Notes under the pieces: model-generated
The model's database searches: none
What the model saw: only the letters and a program-made list of their open reading frames with translations
What the model was told of the DNA's origin: nothing
From: Amoebidium appalachense
Lineage: Eukaryota > Protista > Ichthyosporea
DNA: 64,000 nt
Reading direction: 5' to 3'
Assembly (NCBI GenBank): GCA_963693365.1
Contig: CAVNZM010000005.1
Coordinates: 11,803,728-11,867,727, forward strand
Position numbers and translations under genes: made by a program
Part shown: positions 1 through 12,551 of the stretch, one piece after another
Layout: each line of letters opens with the position of its first letter
Numbering within the stretch: the first letter of the stretch is position 1

Positions 1-147
1 GAATAAACCACAGACGCATAAAAACAGGACCCCCTCCCCCCCCCCCCCCCCCCTCCCTCCCCGGGTGGAAATATGAACACCCCAAAGCCACCTCTTTAGG
101 CAAGCAACCCCCATCCCCTCTTCTCACTCCTTGAATTTTTACACCAG

Positions 148-1880
148 GGGTTCCGCTACAACATAGGAGACTGTGTGGGTGTGCGAGCAAATGACGGGGT
201 GCTCTACTATGCAATCCTGACACGGTTCCTTGTGAATGAGCTGGGCCAGAAGGCATGTGTCTTGACGTGGCTAGTGCCTAGAGACCCTTCGGTGCTTCGG
301 AACCCAACTTTCAGCCCGACCGATTATCTGCTAGGTAGGTGCCTGTTGGATTTTTTTTTCTTCATATCTTCCTTTTTTATCGTAGCCTTATTATGCATAC
401 TCTTTATGTATGGCTTGCATTCTGCATCGTGTTATCCGTTTGTTCTTGTGTACTTCGTACTTCTTGACGCATTCAATCCCCCCCCCCCCCCCCCCCCCCC
501 CCTTTAACCCCCGGCCTTTCCCACTGCCCTTGCCTGCATAAGCAACCCTGCTCGTCTCTGATCAAGACGGGTGACCTACTCATGTTCAAATGAAACAGTA
601 TCTGAGTTGGGTTTCGTTAACGAGGGGAATAGGTCGAAACTCGGGTACTGTGGATGACGTGGGCCCCCCCTGAGGATGGGCTCTGCTTATTATGCATACT
701 CTTTATGGATGGCTTGCATTCTGCATCGTGTTATCCGTTTGTTCTTGTGTACTTCGTACTTTTTGACGCATTCAAACCCCCCCCCCCCCCCCCCAGCCCG
801 TTATAAAGAGAAGAGGGGGGGGGGGGGGGGGGGATCTGTATGTAATAGTGTGTGGAACTTCTAGTGCTCATGTTTTTGCTTGCTATTAAAAACGTGACCT
901 TTTTCCTGATGCTCTGCATTGTGAACAACCGCTAGCATGTAATGAAAGAAGGGGGGGCTGGGGGGGGGGGGGGGGGGGGGAGAAGAGAGAGGGGGGGAGG
1001 GGGGGGATAGGCATTTGGGAAGGTTTGTGTATTATGTAGCCACATACACTAAACGAATGTTCCTGCGTGTAGGAGCTGATTTGGTTGTATGCTAATGGAC
1101 GTGGTTGGTTGTATTAGCTGGTAAGTGAAACCGCTCTACTTCCACCTTTCTTGAGTCCGTTTTTTCCCTCTTTTTTCTCTATTTTGTGTGAAGGGGTCCT
1201 ATTGCTTGGTCAGAAATCTGAATTTCTGTAAACCCCCCGCAGGCCCTACAGCCGAAACCGTCTATCTGATGGCTTGTGTTGAAGCCGTAGTCTACTCCAA
1301 TGCAACCTCACTACTGCGCGAACTATCAACCAGGCAGACAAACCCCCCCATCACACTCGGCAGCCAACCGCCACAGCAAATACAGCCCCACTCGTCCCCC
1401 ATGAGCGTCCCAGGGGGTTCCAACCCAATTTCCGTACCGAATTCCAATAATTCCATGCCGCCGCCACCATCGCCTCATATGAATGACCACCACATGTCGT
1501 CATCGTATCCAAACCACCACAGTATGATGCCACCCCCGTCACATATCCCCACCGGCCCAAACGGCCCTTATCCTGCTCACAATGGTGGTATAATGCCACC
1601 TCCTGTACCTATTCCGGGCAGTGCACATACATCCCCGCACTATACACACAACGGTTCATATCCGATCCCTATTCCACGGACAAATTCAAATCCTCCGCCG
1701 TCGCTATCCCCGGGACCCTATCCGGTATCTGCATCTGTGCCTATTCCCATGCACAGCCCGGCTTATTCTCAGCAATTTTCAAGCTGGAGTTCATACCCTG
1801 AACATTTGGAACCCCCAACTTCCTCACAATCGATACCTATTGGTGAGTGTAAAGGCCCCCCCCACCCCCCACCCCCCGCA

Positions 1881-1959
<79 letters not shown>

Positions 1960-3085
1960 GCACGCACGCACGCACACACACGCACTGTCTTGTGGGCCTG
2001 CTCCTTCACACATGGGTGTGTAAGTCCACACAAGCATACACATCATAGCAATGTCAGGTTTAGCAACATCAACGGGTGTGTATGTGCGAAGGTTGGGTGT
2101 GTGTGTATGTCACTTTGTGTGTTCTTTTATCGTTTTGGGGCCAGGGGGGGAGGGAGTTGGGGGAGGGGGGGGGGGGGATGGGAAAGGTAGGGTGTATAGG
2201 TGGCCGTGTGAAGGTGGGGATTGAAATTTCGTGAAGGGGAAGGAGGGAGGGGATGGAAGTGTGGTTTCGAGGGCCTGATGCAACGGATGTGTGTGTGGTT
2301 GGTTGGGGGGTTGCAACCCCCCCCCCCCCCCCCAAAAAAAAAAAAAAATGAAAAACAAAATAGAAGAATACATCATGACACACGTGCGTGCGCACGTACA
2401 CACACAACACACACGCACGCATACACACATACGCACACATCGCACGCACACACACACACACACACACACATGCACATGCACATGCACATGCACACACATA
2501 CACGTGCACACCTTACCACTCGGAAAAGGTGTGAGTGTGCTTATGTGTGTGTGTTTGCGCGTGCGTGTGTTGGGGGTGGGGGGAGGGGGAGGGGGGGGGG
2601 GGGGGGGGGGAGATGGGGGGGTGGGAGGGGCCGCCTTTGGAAGACCTTGTGGTTTGTAGGTAGGATATGTATCTAACGGATATTGTTTTCCCCCAACAAC
2701 AGACACACCCCCGACACCCTTCACCGTGGGCAGCTATGACAGTGCCGTGACACACTCCAGCAGCTACACCCCCCGCAGCTCATGGCAGGCCCGCGTGGAG
2801 GATTTACCCCCACCTCCACACTCTTACCCATACCCACCACCCATGCACAACGGATGGGGTGCGTACACCCACGAAAAACATGAAAATCATGACAAATACG
2901 AAAAATATGAAAAGTATGAGGAGAATGAAAGGAGGGATAGAGGCGTTTGGGAGGAGAATAAGGGGAGGGAGATGGTCCCGGGGTATGCGGAGGATATGGA
3001 AGCGGCGCAGCTACTTTGTAGTATCGGTAGTCACTATGTGGAGCACAGGCACGGCACTAATCTGAGTGGGTCGATGGGCGAGTGA
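148..3085 (+). CDS. GATAD1: GATAD1-like protein, 3' part (BAH-like domain plus Pro/His/Ser-rich tail); exons 148-334, 1243-1842, 2703-3085; 5' exons lie before the window
   Basis: GT-AG junctions with consistent phases give [44 protein letters not shown]...[24 protein letters not shown]. This matches the recalled GATAD1 C-terminal domain pattern (YxIGDxVxV...DGxxYYAxIxxF...KxxxLTWLxP...FxPxxYxxGP). The GATA finger is not in the window. Confidence 0.75.
387..477 (+). mobile_element. Short 3'-end fragment of poly(C)-associated retroelement, subfamily A
   Basis: Near-identical to 686-776; ends gcattcaat followed by a C-run; head-to-tail with the longer copy. Confidence 0.8.
503..776 (+). mobile_element. 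5'-truncated copy of poly(C)-associated retroelement (putative Penelope-like), subfamily A
   Basis: Reverse complement of 47061-47334 with about two differences seen; C-runs on both sides; lies in a GATAD1-like intron. Confidence 0.85.
535..696 (+). ncRNA. Structured RNA in the element 3' UTR; candidate non-circularly permuted hammerhead-like ribozyme
   Basis: Pairings 538-544/684-690, 550-557/565-572, 573-578/630-635, 596-607/639-650, 609-611/667-669, hairpin 613-624. Core segments GUU 606-608, GAAA 636-639, CUGAGGA 670-676. Compensatory changes relative to 27378-27540. Confidence 0.55.
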
Positions 3086-3176
3086 GCATGTGTGGACTTG
3101 TTGCGTGGGTTAGTGTTCAAGTGTTTCATTTTTTGGGTTGTTCTTTGTTTCTTCCTCCTCCTCGTCTTCTCTCTCT

Positions 3177-3217
<41 letters not shown>

Positions 3218-3312
3218 TGCCTCTTTCTTTTTTTTGCCCCTTTCTTCTCCCTTTCTTCTGCGAGAGTGTGTGTGTGTTTGTGTTTATTTTCTTTTTCCTT
3301 TTTTTTTTTGGT

Positions 3313-3351
<39 letters not shown>

Positions 3352-3595
3352 TGGACGTAATAGCAGGAGTTGGTGAAGTTTGTGCTTTTTTGCAGTTACT
3401 TCTGTGTGGTTGCTTTCTTTGCCCCCCCTCTAAAAGCACTACATATGCGAGTCATACATGTATTCTTATACCCATCCCGCTTTGTAGCCACCCATATCTG
3501 CATGTGGGAATTTTTTGGGGGGGTATTATTACGGGCGGGATGTGTGTTTTTTTTTTTTGTTTTTTTTGTTTTTCTTTGGGGAGGGGAGGGGGAGA

Positions 3596-3627
<32 letters not shown>

Positions 3628-3926
3628 AAATCAATGTACATATTCGTATGTATACATTTAACCGGCATGTCAATCAGCTTGTGTTTGTTGATTTCTAGCC
3701 ATCAACTCTTTTGGCTTGTTTCTTTGAATTGGCCACATGTTTTAATTTTTATATTGGTGGCTTTTTATTGGCTACCCAAAATCGTACCTGTTGGCATCAC
3801 CGTACCTAGTTTGAATATCGCTTGTGCTGAACAAGCTTTAATAAACATAGGCATGAATCGAGCCACTGTGTGTGCACATGTGTGATAAGTGGAAGCTGTA
3901 AAAGAACAACCCCAGTAGTAGTAGTA

Positions 3927-3961
<35 letters not shown>

Positions 3962-4219
3962 TTAGTGGTTGAGTGACTGGTGATGCATATCTGTCACGGT
4001 GTACTACATGGTTGCATCGTTGGACCCCCCCTCCCCCCTCCTCCCCCTCAAATCGATTCTCCAGCCGGCTTATGCTTGCATTCCTCCCCCCCCCCCCCCC
4101 CCCCGTCCCTCCCCACCCCACCTGCCCCTGTGGGGCCTCCTTTTCCCTCACCAACTTGGAGGGAAAAAAGAAAAGGGAAAAAAAGCAACCACATACACAT
4201 GTAAGCACGCGCGCGCGGG

Positions 4220-4251
<32 letters not shown>

Positions 4252-4264
4252 TAAGCAAGGGAAC

Positions 4265-4299
<35 letters not shown>

Positions 4300-4820
4300 T
4301 GGATTGGATTGGCCTTCAGGTACACAGTATGTAGGTAACCGACACCGTGTTGATAAGGCTACCTCTTTATCTAGCTGACACAGTGCTGCAATTATTGTGC
4401 AGTGTATTTTATGCATGTGGATATCAAGAGTGCTGTGTGTTTTTTGCGCAGGCACTAATACTATACGCTTTTTATCCAGCCTGGTAACTATAAATTTCGT
4501 GGAAAACCAAGGTACAAGCCAATGATGCCACCCCGACTTTGATAATTAGACTTCTTTTGAACGAAGCAGCGATCTGCAGCTATCCAAAAATTAGAAGGCA
4601 GTGCACAGCAACGGAAACCGTTTATACACTCTTACGCGTGCACGCAGCACCGTGACCTGTAAACACTTTTCCTCATTTGCACGCAAATACACATACACCC
4701 GCAAAAGCACAGGTTACGCACACATCATGCACACCCGTGCGTGCTGTAACAGACACACATGCGCACATGCACCCGACATAATTCAAGAGAAGCCAAATAA
4801 ATAACAGGTGGCCTGATTTG

Positions 4821-4876
<56 letters not shown>

Positions 4877-6421
4877 GGAGGGGGGAGGGGGGGGGGAGGA
4901 GGAGGAGGGGGGGGAGGAGGGGGGGGGGGAGGGGGGGGGGAGGAGGAGGGGGGGGGGGGGGGGGGGGGGGGATTCCCACCAACCATCTCAACTTCGTTTC
5001 CTCAGCGCATGCGAATGTGGTTTCTAGGAACCTTCTAACATCCCCCCCCCCCCCCCCCCCCTTCAAAGGCCCTCCAACCCCCCCCAAACAAATAATAATT
5101 ATAAAGGATTTAAAAAAAAAACTTTGAAAGGACCAAGACATAAGAAGTGCAAAACATTAGCACTTAACTTATTTCAGTCTGACTCAAACCTAGCACCTAC
5201 TGTGCTACTGACACACAACTTAGTCAAATGGCCCAAGTATCGTACATACCTCATCTGTTACTATTTATATACCATGTTATCATTGGTAGAGCTCGAGCAC
5301 CTCCATGCCATGAATGGCCCCTGTGCCACCTGAGTAGCATTGCCTGCATCCAAATGCAACTAACAAGATTCTGCTGAACAGCAAATTTTTGTTCTGTGCG
5401 CAGAACGCGGAGTAGTACGGTGAGACTGAAGCCCCATATTTTGTGGTATGATGACACACGTAGCGCACAGCGTTCGTCACGGTGATTTATTACGGCTGCA
5501 ATCAGGTCGAGTTACATACATCAAATTTAACTTTAAGTGGATGCTAAATCCCAAATGTGGCACTGGACTACATATGTACCGTAGAAGGTTTGTTCATGCA
5601 TGCCATAATCCTTTTACATAGTTAACCATGGTCCATTATAGTTATATAGTATGGCTCAACGTTCAACTTGCTTACTCGAGGCACAGATAAATTTACAAAC
5701 GAGTGATTGCTCAAGTTCTTATTTACGGCTTTTCACTACTAGTTTTCATGAGGCCCAGTGACTTACAGGGGGTGACTGAAATTAGGATCATTGGTGCTTT
5801 GAAAATAGGGGCTAATTATCTTAATTTTTCCAGGGGTCATAGCCTAAATGATCTTAAAACTTTACTTGGGGTGGGTTGTGTCCGCCGGGGGCGGGGGGGG
5901 GGGGGGAGGAGGGGGGAGCACTTATGTTCTAACAAAAGTGGCCGACTAGGCAAGCTAAATGGCAGTCATCTCAACTTTTCAGGATTTTACAGTTTGACAC
6001 TGATCTCACACACAAGGAAAGTCCAATCAATGCCATGTTCTGACAGCTTGGGGCACACGTGGGCAAAATTTCAATTGCATTGCATTACCACGGCAGTGTG
6101 TGCACATATGGTGCACTTGCCAACGTGTGTGTGTGTGTGTGAGGGGGGGGGGGGGGGAGGGGGGGGGGGGGGGGACAGGGGGGGGGGGTACATGTGTGTG
6201 GGTGCGCGCGCGTGTGTTCATGTGTGTTTGGGTGTGTGTATCTGTGTGTCTGCGCATGCGCTGCATGTATGTGTATGTATACTATAATTGTATGTATGTG
6301 TAAGTGAACGGATTCAGTAGTCGATGTGCATGTATGCGCACGCCCGTGCGCGAATGCGTTTGTGTGTGTGTCTGGGCATGCTTGCGCGTGCGTGTGGTGT
6401 GTGAGTATGATGCCATATGTA

Positions 6422-6477
<56 letters not shown>

Positions 6478-6490
6478 TCTCTCTCTCTCT

Positions 6491-6525
<35 letters not shown>

Positions 6526-7521
6526 CAGAGAGGGAGCAGAGAGGGGGGGAGGGAAAAGAGAGGGAGGGAGGGAAAAGGGAAGGGGGGAGCTCTGAAATGG
6601 CTCCCCTACCCGGGGGGAGGGGCCGGGGGGTGCGGTCCCAAAATGCATGTGCAAATCTTTCCAGTACTATGCATAGATAGTCAAGTACTGAGCTGTGTAA
6701 GTTATTGCGGCCTTATCATAAGGCATACGTAGCACGTAGACAAGGTTTAGGGGGTGTGAGCGAGGTGAGGCAACGAGGAAAATTTGCTGGCAGGAGGTTG
6801 AAGGACAGACCGGAGAGAATTGAGGCACGGCAACTTCAAGGAAGACGTGGTTGACTCTTCTAATGTATTTTACTTGGCTTTCGACGGGAAAGAGCGGGGA
6901 GGGGGGGTAGTGAAAAACTATACCACGACATGTGCACAACCGCGCGTCTTTGACAAGGGGGGAGGGGGAAGGGGGGGCAGGGGGATAGGTTACATAAACA
7001 CTGAACCGTGTCACTAAGTGGTTCGAATTCGTGCAGGAACTTTATGCGCGTATACGTAAACGAAGCAGTGATGTATTGGTAGGCAACTGTACTAAGCCTA
7101 TTCTTCGAGAGCTTAAAGACAGACCGTGGTTACCGGTTGTTAAATTTAACGTTTAACGGTTCAAATGGTCTCTCAAAAAATCATGGGTTGATTTAGTCCT
7201 CCTCACATACAACTATGTACATGGTGTGCTGATCACGATTAATGATTTGGAAGAAAGCTGCACTGAGGGGGGATGCTCTAAGGCTTCCGTAGAGGTCAAC
7301 CTCACACCTTGTTGATATTATGCAAAGCCCCTCTCCAAAGTTCGTGTTTTGCTGCTACCTTTGGCACTATGGACCCCCCCCCCCCCCCCCCCCCCCCCCC
7401 CACCCACCCACCCCCCCCCAAAAAAAAAGAAGAAGAAGAAGAGTTCTCCACCTGACCCAAAAGGAATAAAAAAAGAAAGGAAAACATTTTTTCGCCACCT
7501 TCCTCGAGCTCATTCTTAGTA

Positions 7522-7557
<36 letters not shown>

Positions 7558-7817
7558 TCTAATCCCACGTTTTGAAGGGGCCTCCACCCACAAATATATA
7601 TCAGTAAATATGGATCCGTTAGGTCTATTAGGCAGGCTATCCTCATTGAAACGTTCAATAGAATCCCATTTTTGGTTCGATTGGATTTACTCTAAGGCGG
7701 AAACGTAAGGGTCATCTCTTTTTGGCTCCCCGTGTCTTTTCCTCCCTCCCTCCCCCCCCCCCCCCCCCCCTCCCCTCCTCTCCCCCCCTCCCCCCCCCCC
7801 CTCCCCATCCCCTCCTC

Positions 7818-7872
<55 letters not shown>

Positions 7873-9193
7873 ACAGAAAAAAAAAAAAGAAAGGACAAGA
7901 AAAGAAAAGCGGAAGAAGAAAGGAAAAAAGAAAAAGAAGGAGTGAGACCATGATGGATGAACTCAAGTGTCACAATAGTATTCAAGCACTCTTTAGGGGG
8001 AAAAAAAAAAAACGCAAGACTCAGAGCCTAAGTCGAGCCCCAAGAAGTCAGTGTTACCGTGGGTACAACAATAAGAGTTATACCAACACACTGGAGCCTG
8101 ATTTTGTCACCACAGCGCCAAGACTTAACCAGTGCCACCCATAGGCACACCTGCTACGGTAAGTGCGTTCAAATGACGTCCCATAAGTTAATCCATACAT
8201 CGAGAAGATACTATGTGTACGCAGGCCGTGAATTAATTAGCAAGCTTGTGAGTGGGTGACCATGTTATGCGAGCCAGTCCGTGCAGACTGAACCCTGGCA
8301 CCAGGCAGTGTTTTCAACTGCAAACAGCTTGCAATCCGGAGGTATTCAAGTGCTGGTATGGCAAGTCAGAATGTTTCAAGTTTGGCTGTCTGTAGGCTTC
8401 TGACTGTGGGACACAAAGGCCGATATTGTTTTTATGATTAAGATCATCGGAACGTCCGTGCCCGAGCAGAATAATTAATCATCGATCCAAACTGAAACTA
8501 GTTGGACGTTGCTATACTATTTAACTAGGTAGAATTGTTCAATACGTGCTATCTTCGGATCTGTTTTCTTGGCACACAGTTAAAGTTTCCATTACTAAGA
8601 CACAAATGATACAATACCTTCCATCGAGGGATTGGGTCGTATATAGAAGTGGAGTTGCCCAAAGCTTGTCTGCTCAGCGTTTGTGAAAGTCCGTGCGAGT
8701 GCAGGCTAATGTGTGTGTGTTTGTGCGTGCGTGCGTGCGCGCATGCGTGCGTACTATATCAGTATACTAATTAGTGTTGTAAAACACCGGAAGTGTTCGA
8801 ATGCAACTTTCGGAAGTTCCGTGTTGCATGTCAGCATCAATCCGGTAGTATATACTAAACATAAAACATTATTTCTCCGAAGTTCTCAGCCTTTTGAAAT
8901 TACCGTTTATGAGTTGTCAAATATCAAATAGCACACCTGTGTGCTATTTGGGAGGCCTGGCTCCGATTCTTCCTCCCACCTCCCCCGCCCCCCCTTTGGA
9001 TTGTCCACACAATCCGCCGCCCGGGGGAAGGGGGGGGGGGGGGGGGGGAGGGGAGGGGAATTCGAAGGGAGAGGGGGGGGGAGGGAGGGGGCCAAAGAGC
9101 AGCTAAACATTGCCCTTGTTTTAACACGTCCAGGTCGGACAAAATCCCAGGCGCTAATGGAGAAGACCCGGGAGGGGAAGGGGAGGCGGGCCG

Positions 9194-9232
<39 letters not shown>

Positions 9233-9665
9233 GGGGGGGGGGGGGGGGATGTGTGCACACGATGTGCACGTTAGGGTGGTCAGCGGGATTGAGAATTCGA
9301 AACCCTCACATCACGTCCAGCTGGTTGGATGAGGCAGAAAAGTAAGACTGATGAAAAAGATCCGAGGGCTTCAATTCTTCACATATACATGTCGTGAAAG
9401 AGCCTGGACTCTGCTACAACCAATCACTCCGACCAAGGCACAGTGTTTGGCGGCATGACTGCCATGGGGTGGCGGAATAGCAGCCACCTTGTTCACACCT
9501 GCTACACTATTCTCTTTATTTATTTTCTCTATTTATCTACTTTATTTTTATTTTATTTCTGTTTTACCACTAAAAGTAACAATATTTTATGTTTCAATTT
9601 ATGCTATTTGATAGCGTTAATTTATTTCAAGTTGTTTATTCTTTATTTATTTTTTACTTTTTTTT

Positions 9666-9708
<43 letters not shown>

Positions 9709-10439
9709 AGGGGGAGAGGTAGAATATTTTTCGATGTACGAAGTGCACATTTCTGATTGGCAACATCAGGCAGATTGCAAAGCATGCATTACGAGAAGGG
9801 GAAGCAGAGGGACTTCTCCTTAAGATCCACAAAAACAACGAAAGAGAGGAAAAGGTGAATGCCGAGAGAGTCCCCTGGGGGATTCGTTAGGGGTGGCAGA
9901 GTGTGCACGCGAGTGTGTGTACGCGTGTGTGCGCGCGCTTGTGTGTGTGCGTGCGCGCACGCGTATCTGGTGGGGAAAGAAGTAAGGTGTTAAGGAGGGG
10001 GCGGGAGAGGGAAAGGGAGGGAAGGGGGGGAGGGATGTGTGTTTGTTTGTGTTGGCATCCGTGCGGTTTGTGTGTGTCTGCGGTTTTGGGGGGGGGGGGG
10101 GGGGGGGGGGGGACGTGGGAGGGGAGGGGGAAAGGGGAGATTGCTAGTCGGTTAAAAATCAGTACAACAAAGTATGGTACCAATGCGATAATGCTTCAAA
10201 GGTTTGGAGGAAGCCAGTCCGTGTATAGGGCGGGAAGGAGATGCAGTGGCCCAGGTGGTGGGGTGGGGTGGGGTGAGGGGGTGAGGGGGGGGGGGGGGGG
10301 GGGGGCATGGGGATGGAGCACAAGGGGGGAGGGGGGGGGGGGGGGAGGTGGGTGATGGGGAAGGAGGAGGAGGGGAGGGGTGGGTGGGTGGGGGGGGGGG
10401 GGGGGACGGGGGACGGGAGGAGGGTATGAAGGAGTACAC

Positions 10440-10589
10440 AACATAGTTGTCACCTCGCCACAACGGCACCACTGCCCCACGCCATTCTTTCAGCGCAGAT
10501 GCAACGTTTGCGTTTAGATGCGGGTCACCGCGCAGAATGAGAACCCGTTTGGGTTGCGGTGTGCCATTTTCCGGGCCTTTTCCACCCAT
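10440..10589 (-). CDS. Possible first coding exon of an unidentified multi-exon minus-strand gene
   Basis: ATG at 10589 opens a non-repetitive peptide, MGGKGPENGTPQPKRVLILRGDPHLNANVASALKEWRGAVVPLWRGDNYV. Further AG/GT-bounded non-repetitive segments lie between about 4300 and 9420 but could not be joined reliably. Confidence 0.3.
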
Positions 10590-12520
10590 TGTCGTCTCCA
10601 CCAACCTGCCTAAGCAGGCTTAAGTGTGGTATAGCATGCAAAAGGCCCTAGCCGGAATCAATTTTTGAACAGTTTTTGCTCTCTCAGTTGCAATTTCCGG
10701 GCCGGCCCGGGTTACATATACCTTTCACGCGGCAAGGTTCGACCAACGCCTATGGTCACATTCACAAGTTGCTGTCATAAGCTTGGCCCAAGGCCTACTA
10801 CTATTGTAAATAGCACACCATTTAGGAGGCCTTGGCTTGGCCTGGTAAAGTTCCCTCCCTCCTAAGTTTAAAGTTTACACTTGTGAAGAAGCAATAATAA
10901 TATTAGAAAACCAGAAAAGTTGTATATAGCAATGATAGCAAGCGAGTTATATAATTAATATGACAATAGCAGTTAGATTCATCTATTTTCATTGAAGAGA
11001 GGAGGCTCAGGTTTTCCCAATGAACAGTGTGATCATGAGAATATGAAGCCCTGTCTACCTCTTGTTGATTGGTTGTTTCATCCAATAAGATTTTTGGGCT
11101 TGTAAGTTTAAGTGTGAGGCTGTGACCCTTCGCCGTTGAGTTGTGTGAAAAAAAAGTCATTATCCAGCTCGGACTACAATTTTCTGTTGTTGTTACTGAA
11201 AACAGCAAAGTGCCTTTAGCATGTTATGCCATAATAATCTTCACAAACTTAGCAACCTGCGCGCCTAGCTGTAGGGCTATCGCGCGCCTTCAAAGTTCAA
11301 CTTTGAAGTTCCGAGCCACCCAATTTCGTTTAACCAATCAGCTACAGCCTGTTACGTCACCGGCACAAAGGACCGTAAGAACGATATCCGATCACATGTC
11401 GTCTGAGCTTGTCGTCTGTGTGTCGGCACATCGTGTGTGACTGTGTGCTTGTCTACAAAGCTCATGTGTTTTATCACTATAATCCCTAGAGAGAGAGAGC
11501 CAGCGAAGGTGTTTTTCACGTTGTTTTTGGCTGCTGAGTGTTGGTGAATTATATAAGGAAAAAGTTGACCACGTTGCTCGTTACCTGCCGAGTGTGAGTA
11601 CTCTTTCAAGTGATCACGATTGATGATTGAGTTGCTCAAAAGGGGCATCTTCAGAGGCTATCTTTGAGTTAGACATACAGCGAAGATTCATCAAGGTGAG
11701 TCGAATGTGATTCCGTGAGCGATAGGACAGATTTGGTTTTAGTATGCACAGCAATGGACAAACGTGCACACACGCACGCACGCACGCAGACACGCACGCA
11801 CACACACACACACACACACACGAACACACGCACACACAAGCACGCACTCGCGCGCGCACACACACACACAAAGGCGCGTATGATTACACCCACCCACCTT
11901 GGGCCCACAAACGGAGGCACAAACTCTCGTGCACAAGAACGAACACAGGCATACACTACCTGTCCAAAAAACGCCAGGAATACACAGCAGTCTGCTAGTG
12001 GCTGCACTCTCACCTGTTCGCTGATGTTATGTATACGCACCAACACATGCACAAGCACAACTTATGTACACATGCACAAGCAAGACACACGCACACAATT
12101 GCTGCGGTGATGCTATATTTCATCCACATGCACCGTGCACCGATGTTTCTTTATAATCGTATAGTTATGTGGTCACCCACACACAAGCACACCTTCAGCA
12201 GCAATTGAGCACATGCCCAACCTAGGTTCCTACCCATAGATAATCCACAAATACCCAAGGAGCCACCACGTTTAAGACCACCACGTTTGCACACACTTGC
12301 TGTGTGTTTAAACCATCTACCTGTCTACAAAACAATCAGCCATGTTCCTCTGTTGTTCCCTGGCTAATCTCAGTCCCATCGGTAGGCTCTTCTTTAATGA
12401 ATCCTCTACTTCCAACTAACACACCTACTCCATAATACCCGGTACGCTATCCCTTTTAGCACTGCCATTCCCTCTTCTCCCCCTCTGTGCCTAGGGCCCC
12501 AATTGTCCGCCCCTTGTTAT

Positions 12521-12551
<31 letters not shown>

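Noticed and set aside
558-600. Canonical type I hammerhead using ctgatca...tgaaac
   Set aside because: CUGAUCA violates CUGANGA, subfamily B has ttgatca and lacks that gaaac, and the segment is the loop of a conserved hairpin.
5760-8360. LRR-like peptides (YLNFSRGHSL and HLNFSGFYSL on +; LEYLRIASCLQLKTLP on -)
   Set aside because: They are isolated, lie on opposite strands and one follows an in-frame stop; this is insufficient to call an LRR gene.
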